A stretch of 63,240 nucleotides of DNA, counting the filler, from Choristocarpus tenellus KU-1152 (lineage: Eukaryota; Protista; Phaeophyceae): assembly GCA_964200185.2 (NCBI GenBank). It is 10 parts of 10 records of this genome, joined end to end, with 100 filler letters (N's around TTAATTAATTAA, not from the genome) between each part and the next. Parts side by side here need not be neighbours in the genome. Positions count along the whole stretch, not along the records: positions 7,751 to 14,179 come from CAXNAD020008157.1; positions 14,280 to 16,958 come from CAXNAD020025714.1; positions 17,059 to 22,405 come from CAXNAD020011074.1; positions 22,506 to 28,673 come from CAXNAD020008778.1; 6 more parts are not named here. One strand, given 5' to 3'. The notes under the pieces are model-generated. The model was given only the letters and a program-made list of their open reading frames with translations. It ran no database searches and was not told the origin of the DNA. Within the stretch, counting starts at the first letter, position 1. Every line of letters begins with the position of its first letter. Positions 14,039 to 25,897 of this stretch are shown here, piece by piece. Both the position numbers and the translations under genes were made by a program.

Positions 14039-14279
14039 GTGCGACTTGACCTGCAAGCTGTTTACTGTTGCTGCAAAAGGTTGCTGGGGTTCTTTTTTTC
14101 CTTTATTCTCCCAAACGCTTCGCTTCTTTCTCATCCTTTGACAACATCCATACTATGTTATGTGTCACCCTCGAAACATNNNNNNNNNNNNNNNNNNNNN
14201 NNNNNNNNNNNNNNNNNNNNNNNTTAATTAATTAANNNNNNNNNNNNNNNNNNNNNNNNNNNNNNNNNNNNNNNNNNNN

Positions 14280-14327
14280 TGGACACCTCGGTGTAGACCC
14301 CTCCCCCCCTCCCAGATACTTTGGGTC
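14280..14327 (+). mobile_element. MITE-like family B, right end
   Basis: tggacacctcggtgtaga..cccagatactttgggtc continues the 16809 copy and is the inverted complement of its left end (gactcaaagtatctggg). Other B ends lie at 28649-28673, 44448-44467 and ~49770-49844. Confidence 0.6.
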
Positions 14328-15136
14328 TTTCTATCCCTGACTCATGCCCTAAATTGAGGAAGGCCCATGCCCTCCTTAACTCTCTCAAGCCCAATGTTCA
14401 AGCTCAGGAATCAGAGCTGTTCTCAATAATTTCATGACTGAATATCACACGCAGTTAACTCATGTGCCTCTATATTAACTTTTCGATAGTGGCTGCGGAA
14501 GTACCGGTCATTATTGTTTTGCTATATTTGTTTTTATTTCATTAAGCCTTGTGTCAAAACTTGAATATTGCACAGGGCGTGTACAATTCTATGTCCAATT
14601 AGCACGGTAGGAGAGTGAAACTTTGGCAAATGTAGTTGCTCTTGTTAATGTTCATCTATCATAGGATCATACCAGAGACAGAACGAATCAGAGGTATCAT
14701 CCGATGCCCCCTCTCATATACTGCTTTGATTAGGATTATGCATTTTTTTAATATCTCCCATTGCAGAGCCTAGCATAAACACTCTTTCAGGGGTTTCAAT
14801 GAGAGGGATGCTGCGTTCTGACAAACAAAGTTGAACCCGACCCCTGTAATGTATAGGTCATGGATTTCGGGGATTGCTGTTTTTTCTTGGGGGGGGGAAC
14901 TCACAGACAATATGGCTTATGGGATACCCTTATTACGATTCCTTGATGTTACCCTGAAGTCACCACACCAACACAGCCGTACATTAATAGCTTGAGAGGC
15001 ACAGATTGACACAGGGGATGAACTGAGTGGCAATGTCCTCAGGAGGGGTGAACAGCAAACAAGTTATCTGATGTGCATGAAAGAATCACTCATGTGTATT
15101 AGTTCGGTTCCCTTCGGAATTAGGGTGTTGATGGAT

Positions 15137-15391
15137 GTGAAAGTATCTTAGAGGGTACGATTTTACCCTATTTGTCTGTTTGGGACTTGGCTTCCCATGG
15201 GTTTTTATGACCTTTTCCTCCTCCGAAACGTTTCGGAGTAAGTCAAATGTTTATGTTATGAAAATTTGTATCCAGAACAAGGATATTGAGACTTCCTAGC
15301 ATACATAATAGCCAAAATTACATCAAAAATCACAACATTGGATTTTGGTCCCCAAACGGACATGACTCTACCCTCAAAGATACTTTGACTC
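15137..15391 (+). mobile_element. MITE-like family A copy (~255 bp, ~23-bp TIR)
   Basis: Ends gtgaaagtatcttagagggta ... taccctcaaagatactttgactc. Non-coding; the internal sequence is shared with five other copies. Confidence 0.8.
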
Positions 15392-16017
15392 TGGTACTAG
15401 ATGCCATTGTGGGGTATTGTTGAAAGCATGAGATACCCAACTTAAATATTACATGTGAGCGTGTTGTTGAGCTGTTGATACACATATACCCATATCCATT
15501 GATGCTTCAAAGGCAGGCTGGGTACCACAATTTTTTTATTACTTCAAAGGACTTGTTTCTCGCTTGGGATGTTGACTTGCAAGGAAGATTTACTCATCAG
15601 TGTTCTACTCAAAAACGAAGTGCTGAGTACTACATTATCTGGAACACATACACAATATGCTCTGTATCTGCAAATAATGCACTCTAATCAATCGATCTCT
15701 TTCTTCTACAACCCGCTCAGTAGCAGTTACAAAGAACCAAACATTCCATTCGTTTACAGCACACTTCAAAGTACAATGGAGCACGTTGAGTGACAGGCGC
15801 AGTCTATCTTAGACGCTTCAACCCTGTTTTGACTCCCCATATGTCACATGTATTGGAGTACATGCTGAAGACTCTTGTTGCTCACACAGACCAAAGCGTA
15901 CAATATACAGGCTCTGCCCCTTAGAGTGGGACAGGGGACAGGCATGAAATTGTCCTGCATGTAGCAGTATGTCATATTCATTAACAGATGGGTGCATGGC
16001 TGTATAAGATGTCATGT

Positions 16018-16277
16018 GAGCAAAAGTATCTTAGGGTTAGGGTACGAGTTTTGCCCTGTTTGTCCGTTTGGGATTTGACTTCCCATGGGTTTTACAACAT
16101 TTTCCTACTCCAAAATGTTTCGGAGTATATAAAACGTGTATGTTACGAAAAGGTGTGTCTGGAACAAGGATATTGACACTGCTTAACAAACACAATAGCC
16201 AAAATTACATCAAAATCGCAACATAGGATTTTGATCCCCAAACGGACGTGACTTTACCCTCTAACATACTTTGACTC
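16018..16277 (+). mobile_element. MITE-like family A copy
   Basis: Same TIRs and body. The left TIR carries a TTAGGGTTAGGG expansion. Confidence 0.8.
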
Positions 16278-16595
16278 ATACACAGTGAAAGATTTCCATG
16301 TGATGGTACCTGCATTTTTCCCCAGTTTTACACTTCTACAAATGAATGGCCCATCATCCTATTTTGCTCTTGTAAACTGTATAGCAGGGCCTACCTCATC
16401 CCCAACCCCTCCTTCACAATTTATTGATCTCTTCTGGCTCCAATGGAGTAGGATATGTCTACTGTACCATAACCTCGTGTTCAAATATGTGGCAAATCCA
16501 AGTGTAACTCTTCCTGATACAAGCTCAACCAATTGATACGCTGGTAACCACATATCAGATTATGGAATGTGTACGAAGAAGAGACTAACTCGAAA

Positions 16596-16808
16596 GAGTC
16601 AAAGTATGTTAGAGGGTAGAGCCGTGTCCATTTAGGGCCAAAATCCAATGTTCCGATTTTGATGTAAATTTTGGCTGTTGTGTTTGTTAGGAAGTGTCAA
16701 TATCCTTGTTCCAGACACATCTTTTAATAACATACACATTTTACCTACTCTGAAACATGTCGGAGAAGGAAAATATCGTTAAAAACACGTGGGAATCCAA
16801 GCCCCAAA
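16596..16808 (-). mobile_element. MITE-like family A copy, interrupted by family B
   Basis: Starts gagtcaaagtatgttagagggtag, reverse to the 16018 copy. Homology breaks at 16809. Confidence 0.75.
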
Positions 16809-16958
16809 GACTCAAAGTATCTGGGAGGGGGTGGCGGGTGTCCATTTGGGGTCAATTTTTTCATGTCACAATTTTTGGGTTATTTGGTTGCATACATCGG
16901 ATAGATACTGTAAATGCACTTTTCCTGATTTTGGTCGAAATGGACACCCTGGTGTAGA
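16809..16958 (+). mobile_element. MITE-like family B copy running into the gap
   Basis: gactcaaagtatctgggagggg... matches 7480-7635 and the 14280 end. Confidence 0.7.
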
Positions 16959-17058
16959 NNNNNNNNNNNNNNNNNNNNNNNNNNNNNNNNNNNNNNNNNN
17001 NNTTAATTAATTAANNNNNNNNNNNNNNNNNNNNNNNNNNNNNNNNNNNNNNNNNNNN

Positions 17059-20000
17059 GTGGAAGTGGGGGCGGTGGCACAGGCTCCGGCGACATTCCAC
17101 CCTTGCGTGGGGGCAGGGGTGGTGGATTGCGCTCTCCCCCACTGCCCCCACCCCCACCTCCTCCTCGTCGGGTGGAGGAGGATGTGGTTGTTGCTCCTAC
17201 AGGTCCAAGCTGCTTGGAGGGTAGAGGAGGCATATCCAGGGAGGAAGACTCTCCTTCCACCTGCCATAAATGATAAATGATAGGTAAGAACAACAGGAAG
17301 GCATGTTTTGTTCAAGTTCATAGGCACATGATGCAAGGCCGAGAGGGGATTCCAGCAGGTGAACCAGTAGGGGTGATGTACACAAGGATGGCGCGAGAAT
17401 CGATACGTGTTGGGAGCTTGTGGATGACTCCAAGGATGACTCCAAGGATGACTCCAAGGATGACTCCAAGGATGACTCCAAGGATGAAAGAGTGGGAAAC
17501 ACGCTGGGGGATAGGGTTAGGAAGCTAGACAGGAGGATGGGGTTAGGGTTAGGGGACAGATGAAAGAAAGAGGTGTAGTGAGGGCCACCCCTCCAATTCA
17601 ACAAAGCTGCCCTACATTCTAGCACAGAACAAACCTGAGCATACAAACACCTAGCACTGCCTTAATATGCAGGAGGACTCCCTTCAGGTTGGGGAGGGGT
17701 TGGGCGGATACTAAAGACAAGTTTCATTCCACACCCAACTCCATCCAGGCACTACCACTCCCTCAAAAAATGTTATGTAAGTACTCTCATTCCAAACGCA
17801 GCAACTCTCCGTTTCCATCTCCGTCAGTCTCCTTTCCAACAGCACATCACCACTTCACTCCTATATTATTCACTACATTATCCCAGAAACGCCTTCCTCT
17901 CAACCAACTCTATTGTACCCACGAACCAACAAAAATTAGTATGTCTCTTATTTATCGTTACAATCAATAAAAAATATATATTAGGCAGTGATAGTAATGT
18001 ATGTACCCAGACAAAAAACATGTTCTTTGCAGAGATCATCCGTTGCCACATGGAGGTATAATTCTCACCCAAATTGAGTTTTAGCTTTTCGTTCTTATAA
18101 ATAATATACTTTTTGTTGTATACTATTATAAATACAATATTGTAGTACATTATTTTCTAGTATTGTCGCTTTTCCTCTAATTTTTTAATACAGATTTGGG
18201 ACGGCTCAGACTAGCGCAAAGTCAATAATAATAATAGTAATAATAATAAGAAATAATCGTAATAATCTTACCTGCCCACTGTTTCCAGGATATGTTGTGA
18301 AATCCTCCATGCTCAGTTGACTTCCAGACAAATCCATCCCCCTGTAGACAAATCAAAATCATGTTCAGAAGCCAAGGAGGGGCTTGTAACAGTTTCAACA
18401 CCAACCAACCTATACATTAACCAACATCAAGTATTAATAGTATTATATGTTGTCATACATGTTGTCATACTCATACACCGAATGACTTGGTAAATTTCAC
18501 AAAACCATACACCACAAAGCACAGGCCACAAAGTTTTCACTTCACACTACAGGCACTCCATGACTTTAGCCTCCACTCTCCCCCCAGCACCTAGTCACAA
18601 TCTATGCACCCACACACTCATGACTAAAAAAAAAGCTCCCCATTTCTCAAACACATGCAACACACACAACACAACACAACACAACACAACACAACACAAC
18701 ACAGCACACCTCAAACACAAACACACCTTGGCATCTTTGCCCCACCAAGGGTCGGGAAGTCTGCCAGGTGTTCTTCCCTTCCCAGGCGTGTTGGTACATC
18801 CCATTGCTTTCGCCTATTCCCCCCACCACTCATCCCTACCCCTGTTCCTTCCTCATCTGCTCTCTCTGTGGGGGAGCCTGACTTAGAGGCTGAAGCAGAC
18901 CCTCCAGTGTGCCTTGGCCATCCCTGCTTCAGAGGATAGGGTAACAGGGACATGGAGAGATGAAATTGGGGGGGGAGGGAAGAGTGAGCAAAACAAAAAA
19001 AATGATTACGGGGCCAGGAAACAAAACAAAAAAATTGTATTGTGTACCGCAGTGTGTTTGAATTTTTTGACATAAAACGTTCCAAGAATTCTCCACAGAA
19101 AAAAAAGAAAGCAAAGAAATTGTTCTTCTACATAGCAAGACGCACACACACACACACACACACACAAATCGGGCATCAGGTGAGAGGGTTCAGTCCTAGC
19201 GCAATGTATCACTCCATCCAACAGTCTACACCAATTCAAGAAAGAACTCACGAATATATTACAGCCTCAACCACCAAGAGGAGTGTCAAAGTCAACAAGA
19301 GATACTTGAGGGGCAACAAAGACATACACACCTCTCTAACACCTCTCTAACATCAGAAATCTGTATCTCCCGGAAATGAAGGGATTTGGATAGGCAAGAA
19401 GCATTGTAACAGTAGAGATGCCTCCCCCCCCCCTCCCAAGTACAACAACCACATCCTTAATAACGCCCACCTGTCCATCACTGCTATCCTCAGAACGGCC
19501 ATGTGGTTGTTTGGACGGGGCTTGAACCCGTGGTGCTACCCCTCCCCAAGTATCGAAGTTGTCCAAGCCCGCCTCCACCTAGTGTGAGATTCAAATGGGA
19601 GTAACATGGTGTTGGGACGATAAACGCTCCTTGACAAATGAACGCGTATGTAATGAGCAGGCAGTCAACTACAGTCACTTTACTTTCTACCAGGCACCAG
19701 GGGTGTAGGAGGTCAATAATACCCATAAAAAAAAGTAAATATCAATAAAGTAACCATCTCATGCATGTCAACCACCATATCAGCAACAAAAACAATAACC
19801 TAACCTTTGGGGCGAGGAAGCAACCTCTTGCCTCAAAACGTACTCTTATTGGTCAAGCAGGTTGCATTGCTCTTGCGGTAACGTGTATCTTGAAAAAAAA
19901 ACAAAAAAACATAATATTGAATCCATACAAGCTTGAAATAGAGCACATAAACAGACAGAAACATATAAATAAGGCATGGGGGTGAGGGGGGGAGGAACCT

Positions 20001-22288
20001 TTCAAAGGCCCTCAGAACTTGCCACCAGCATAACCACAATGTGAAAGCAACCTCTATGTTAACAGCGGGTGCCAAAACCAATACCAGAGAATCCGGGTAG
20101 CCATGCAGATTCCGCACACACACCAAACTCCATTTCACTTCCCAACTCTCACCCCTTCCCCCCCCACCTACACACCCACCATCTATCTACCTAAGTGCAT
20201 TCCAAACCTCTCGATAGTATCACCACACCCCAAGCTGACCTGCAATTCATGCATCTCCCTCAACTCGCTCTCATCCTCAGAAACCTCCTCATCCCTCTCC
20301 TCCCACCCATCATCTTCCTCTTCCACATCCACATCCACCTCTAACTCCTGACTCTCTTGAAACAACAGCGCAGAACCAGGAGGGATAGCACCCCCTGCTC
20401 CGCCTCCCCCTGACCCCAAGTTATCCTCTCTTTCCTTATCCTCTCTAATACGTCCACTCCTTCTTCCCTTCGATACTGCCCCACGAGCATCACTGCTTCC
20501 CGTGTCCCCACCAGTGCCAACACCCCCCCCTCTCCCCCCCACTCCCCCCACATCGCCCTTCCCGGTCCCCTCTGATGAGCCCTTACCCTTGCTCGGCACA
20601 TCGTTCCCACCTTTGCTCGATGTCCCACTACCTTTCTGTCCCTTTCCTCTACTGCGCCAGTTGCTGACAAGAGCACCGGCTCCCTTGCCACCACTCCCTT
20701 TAGGGATTACAGCTGCGCCCCCAACAGCGCCCTTGCCTCCTCCTCCTCCACCTCCTCCACCCCCCACCCCAGTTCCATTTGTGCCATTTGTGACAGGGGC
20801 TTGGTTGTATTGTTCCATACCATTCTCAGTGCTACTGTCAAGATCCTGCTGGCTCTCATTGCTGTCGGGGGGGAGGCGGAAGCAGTGTAGGTTAGAAAGT
20901 AGGTTAGAAATATTGGAAGACTTAGAAGCAACCACATTCACTAGCAAAGGGTGTAAGCCCTGTACATGGAATAAATTGATTATTCTATACCACCCACACC
21001 TGGCAACATACCAAACACAAGAGCAAATGGGCTAGATGGAGAGAGAGAGAGAGCTTTGGGGGTAGTGTTAAAATGTTATAATATCGTACTACACAGCGGT
21101 AAGCCCACCTCAGTGTACACTGATCTGCTTGCCTTTCTACCAGCTCAGGGCACATCTTCACACCACCCTACTTGCAACACAAGCAATCGATGCATTCCTA
21201 TGTGTGTATGACATAAATACACTGAGTAATTGAAACAATGACTGACTCTCTCTTACACAACCATAGGAGCAAAAAAGCTCTATATTTGTCATTCACGCCC
21301 ACCCATACTCACAACAAGACATACACCTACACAGAAACCACATCAAATAATACCCGTACTTCCTGTGTAACATACAGATATAAAGACAAAAAGGGTATAA
21401 TACCCTCAAACAAAATATCCTTACAACCACAGTGTAAACTAAGCATTGTGTATAGTGGGAGTGACATCGAACAGTTATAACGTACCTGGCAATGAACTTC
21501 TTCTCCTCATATCGAAGGGTTCTAAGGGCCTGGATAACACATGAACATAACACATGAACATAACACATGAACACAACACATGAACACAACACAAGAGTCA
21601 ACGACAAGTGACACATGAAGCCATCAAGAACAACACATGTCAGGAGGGGAAATAAGGGACAGGGAGGGGGGGGATGGGGGGTAAGAAGGTTCACTGTCAG
21701 CCACAGCAAAAAATTATTTAGGGGGGATGAGAAAAAGGGATACAATGGAGGGGAAATGGACCTGGAAAAAGGCAAGACACAGTAAGGCATGACATGGCAG
21801 GGGTGCAATAGTAAGTTAAGGAGTCAAGAGAGTGAGAGAGGGGAAGAGGTACAGTTGAGGAGTGAAAGAACTCAACCGACAATAAATGGGGTGTATCAGT
21901 GCTACTATCAAGAAAGTCCAAGTATTAAGCACAACTTCATATACGCACAAGATTCAAACTTAGGGTTAGGGTTATAGTCAAACTCATAATGTCACCATCA
22001 GAAGAGCATTTCAAGTGCACATACTCCAGAAACATAAACTGAACCTGACCTTGACCCTAACCCTGACCCTAACCCTGATCCCAACCCTAACCCTATCAAT
22101 GAATAAAAGCAACTAACATAAACAAACACGTACAAGATCTAATATACAAGATCTAACATACAGCCTACCTCCAGCCTGCTGGAGGCCCTCCCAAAGGTGG
22201 AGCGACCCTTGGCACGCTTGTTGATCTCTTTAAACTGCTTAGCCCCAGCCTCACACAGAGGGCTCACAGTCGGTAGTGTGGGTGTTCG
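17059..22288 (-). CDS. Unknown Gly/Pro/acidic low-complexity protein, internal exons (truncated at both ends)
   Basis: Seven exons (22288-22169, 21529-21486, 20861-20240, 19578-19471, 18923-18727, 18341-18272, 17260-17059) join in one frame at GT/AG. Contains EHLADFPTLGG and PPPLPPRK motifs. Confidence 0.75.
17422..17487. repeat. 12-bp tandem repeat (GGATGACTCCAA)x5.5
   Basis: Perfect units, intronic. Confidence 0.95.
18660..18705. repeat. (CAACA)n microsatellite
   Basis: Direct reading. Confidence 0.9.
21535..21592. repeat. ~13-bp tandem repeat (AACACATGAACAT)
   Basis: About four units, adjacent to a 3' splice site. Confidence 0.85.
22040..22094. repeat. Degenerate interstitial telomere-type (CCCTRA)n tract
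   Basis: ccctaaccctgaccctaaccctgatcccaaccctaacccta. Short tracts also at ~17540, 21960, 41801, 44183, 52281 and 53212. Confidence 0.8.
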
Positions 22289-23653
22289 CTGCCAGGGACA
22301 AGGTGTGTTTTCATGGGGGGGGGGGGGGGGGGGGGGGGGGGAGGAAGAAGAAAAGAAGGGGGGGGGGGGGGAGAAAGAAAGAAGGAGAAGAGAGGGGGGG
22401 AGGGGNNNNNNNNNNNNNNNNNNNNNNNNNNNNNNNNNNNNNNNNNNNNTTAATTAATTAANNNNNNNNNNNNNNNNNNNNNNNNNNNNNNNNNNNNNNN
22501 NNNNNGCCATCCATAATGACAATGAAACACTGCCCCGAAAAAAAACTACTTCGAAGTACTATTTTTTTCTACCACCTCCACCATCGACAGTCAAACGACT
22601 CCACCGACTGCACTAATTATTCAAGCAAGCAAGCCAACGCAAGGCATACATGTACATGACGATCAAACCAAGTCATTGCCGCCCCCCACACACTGTCCTA
22701 CTACCACCTTCGGCATGAATTCCCATTTGTAGCGGGGCCCTTCAAAAGTGCCGCAACATTTACAAAAAAAAACACATGGCACTTTCTGCACACCATTCCG
22801 GGTCTCGCTCATCCTCATAAAATGCTCCATCCCCAATTTTGGTGATCAGCTGTTATTTCTTGAGTGTGCTCTCTGCAGGATGAAGGCTGTTCACACTGAA
22901 TGATTATTCGTAAACGACTCCATGTAGCCGACTGTAGTGCAAAAGAGTAGTAGTAATAGTTGCAAGTGAAGTTGTAAGGAGGGTGTGAACGTATCTGGAT
23001 GAAGGTTATCAATAATAGTTGACGGAACACCTATCATGGTTGTGTGCTGAGATTCGAGCAGAAGAGAGTTACTGAGAAGTAGGAGTGTTGCAAAAAAGAC
23101 CATAGTAGTATTTTCTGTGTAGTAGTACCTACACACACAACGTAACACCCAATGCCTGATTTAGCCCTCCTTCTGTTTATACTCTACACTACTTCACCTA
23201 CACAACACCCATTAGTACATGTAGAAGTAAGTACATATGAAAAACAGGAGTTTACTCTAACCTACAAATACACCCTATAAACTACAACTGACAGCTATTA
23301 TTACAGAGATGCACATATTGTGGAGGGAAGTGTGAGAGACATCTTCCAAAGAAGGTATACCTTCAAGGTAACCTATCTTGAAGAATCTGATATTCATTTG
23401 ACATTTGTTTTTGCACGTTGCAAGTAACATCTACTTGAAGTAAATAAGCTGGTGGTTTGTGGGGACCTTGCAAACCCCCCTTATTAACTTTCCACTTGTT
23501 CACTCTTTCCTGAGTGATCTTCGGAGGGACTGCTCTCCCTCTTGTCTTGTCTCTCTCCTTCTCCTTCCTCCTGTGGGTCTTCCTGGTCCACTTCAGTACG
23601 AAGAACCTGTCAACTTGTTGCCATCTGTTTCACAGAAGAACAAATCAAGATTT

Positions 23654-24951
23654 TATCGCGCTTTCAAGGCACTCTTTAAAATTTCACTTTTTGTCAATTT
23701 TTTGTTCAATCTGTCAGATCTAGTTGCAACTATCTCATTATATATAGAGTCCAGGTATGATTATGTAATGGGGTGAAAGCCCGTAATTCCAGCTTCAGGT
23801 CGGTGAAACACTTGACGCATATCTCTCAATATTCAGCTTTTGGTGTCCCCGTAAGTATCACGAGGACTTTTGGAAAGCCCTGATAGGTCTCGGAATTTTC
23901 TAGATCGCACAAGGACAGTACACAAGACCTTAGTTGGTGGTCAGGGAGAACGGGAGTTGACGAACAACGTTGAGTGATTTTTAATGGCTCAAAGTCAATC
24001 TCGATTTATCATGGCCCCCAGTAAGGGGTCCTAGGATGGCGAAAAACAAAAGCAAGAGGTAGAGAGGGCCAGCCTTTAGAGGTTCCAGTGGAGACGGGGA
24101 AGCAGCAAAACACGAGGGGAAGGCAGAGGACAATTCAGGCAAGGGTCTGGATGTCTGCAACGAGGAAGAATTGATTGGAGGAAGTCGCCAAACATAATGC
24201 TCAAGAAGTTAGGGAAGTTGATGGCAAAGAGCAAACGGAGAAACTTGATCAGCAGAAAGGTGCGGAGCAGGCACGTCTACCGGCGATCCTGCACTACCAG
24301 CTTGTTATCAACAATCGTATGGACCAAATTGAGGTGGTGGAGGGTGCCCGCTTAGAGTGGGAATGGGACACAACAAGGTTTTCGCATTGTGAAAAACTCG
24401 GAGAAAGAGATCTTTCGCACTGATAGGGCTGTTCAAGTGGACTGCGATAGAGGTGCAAGCTTCTTATATAGAACGCCAGCTTTGATTCCATAATTATTTC
24501 ATGGGGTGAATTGACCTGTAGCAGGTTTATAAGGATTTGAACGACTCCAGTATAGTTTGTGGAACTGAAGTTATTATCCAATTTGGACTAAAACGGGGCA
24601 TATATTGGGTTTCAGGCGGAGTTAGGACCTCAAGCCAAGTGAATTAGATCCGACTTGCCCCCACGATTCCAACTATATTTTGTTTGTTGTCTAACTCGAA
24701 TTCCATTAGTCACTTTAAAAATTTTGAATATTCAATCCCTCTGTAATAGAAGTAGGATAAATATCTCGCTTTTAAGGCACTTTTTGAAATGATAAAATGT
24801 GCGAAATTTGGGTTAACCGTTGCTCTATGTCACTCTCCATATAATGTTCACTCCCAATCAGGCAATTGGATGAAAGCTTACAAATTCATATCCAGTTCAA
24901 CATACAACTTGACCTATCTGTTAAAATATTTAGATTTTGGCATCCGCATAA
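23654..24951 (-). pseudogene. Decayed coding relic with two homologous ~200-bp domains
   Basis: 23654-23854 and 24762-24951 align in protein space (PK.EY/PK.KY, VK, L.AF..L, TLY, KSALKAR), with stops and a frameshift. Confidence 0.5.
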
Positions 24952-25897
24952 AACTCAAAGGGGTTTTGAGCAAGACGAATATGTTCAATATGATGCAATA
25001 ATAAGTTAGACCAGAAAAAGGTCTCTCATATGAGGTTGTTGGCGATGAGGACAATCACCATTGTAAACAATGCATGTTGTGAGAAACTTTACAACAAAAT
25101 AGTGTGGATTCTTGGATACAATGTAGGAATGTCTAAAATATCTATTATAATTAGCAAGAGCGGCACAAAAATGCAAGAAAGGAGAACACTGGCCTCGTCA
25201 ACAACCCTTGTTTTAGTGCAAGTAGACACGGGCAGGGAGTGCGACTCTAAAGCCTTTCAATAATAGCACAACCGGCGAAAGGTGACGCATGATACCCCTG
25301 TGTGTGCTCGCATTCCATTAACACAAAAACACAAAGACACCGATCCGGGAACCTGCACACTTCGAGGTCATACATACACATACAAGCACAAGCGTACCCA
25401 CCCACCCATGCACACATAGTGTACACTTACAGCCAAAAACAAAAAAACAACAAGAACCATTGTGTAGTGAAAACCATCCACTCCAAGCAAGGAGGTAGCT
25501 GGCAGTCCTGCAACCACAATTTTTTTCAGTGCTAGAAATATTACTCCAATTCGGTAGAAAAATACTGCTGTTTGAGCTCTGTGCTCCCAAGCTTGCCTTA
25601 ATGAAGAAATATAATATTTGTTCACCATACAAAAAGGAACGTATGTACAGTAGGGCTCTAGCAGAAACGCACGCCTACACACTATATAAAAACAGGCTAA
25701 GCACATCTATCTTAGTATAATAATGCAATTGGGTCAAATAGTTCAATACTTGGTCCTGCAACAAACCTACAAGACAAGATCCACATGCTTGCAACCCTAT
25801 TTTGTACACTAGCGAATGTCCCTCAATGTAGGCATGAAACAAGGACAGTTTTGACCCTCAAGGAAAGCCAGCCTGCCTTCACGAAACTTCTTCTCCG

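Noticed and set aside
22040-22094. Chromosome end
   Set aside because: Short, degenerate and inside an intron.
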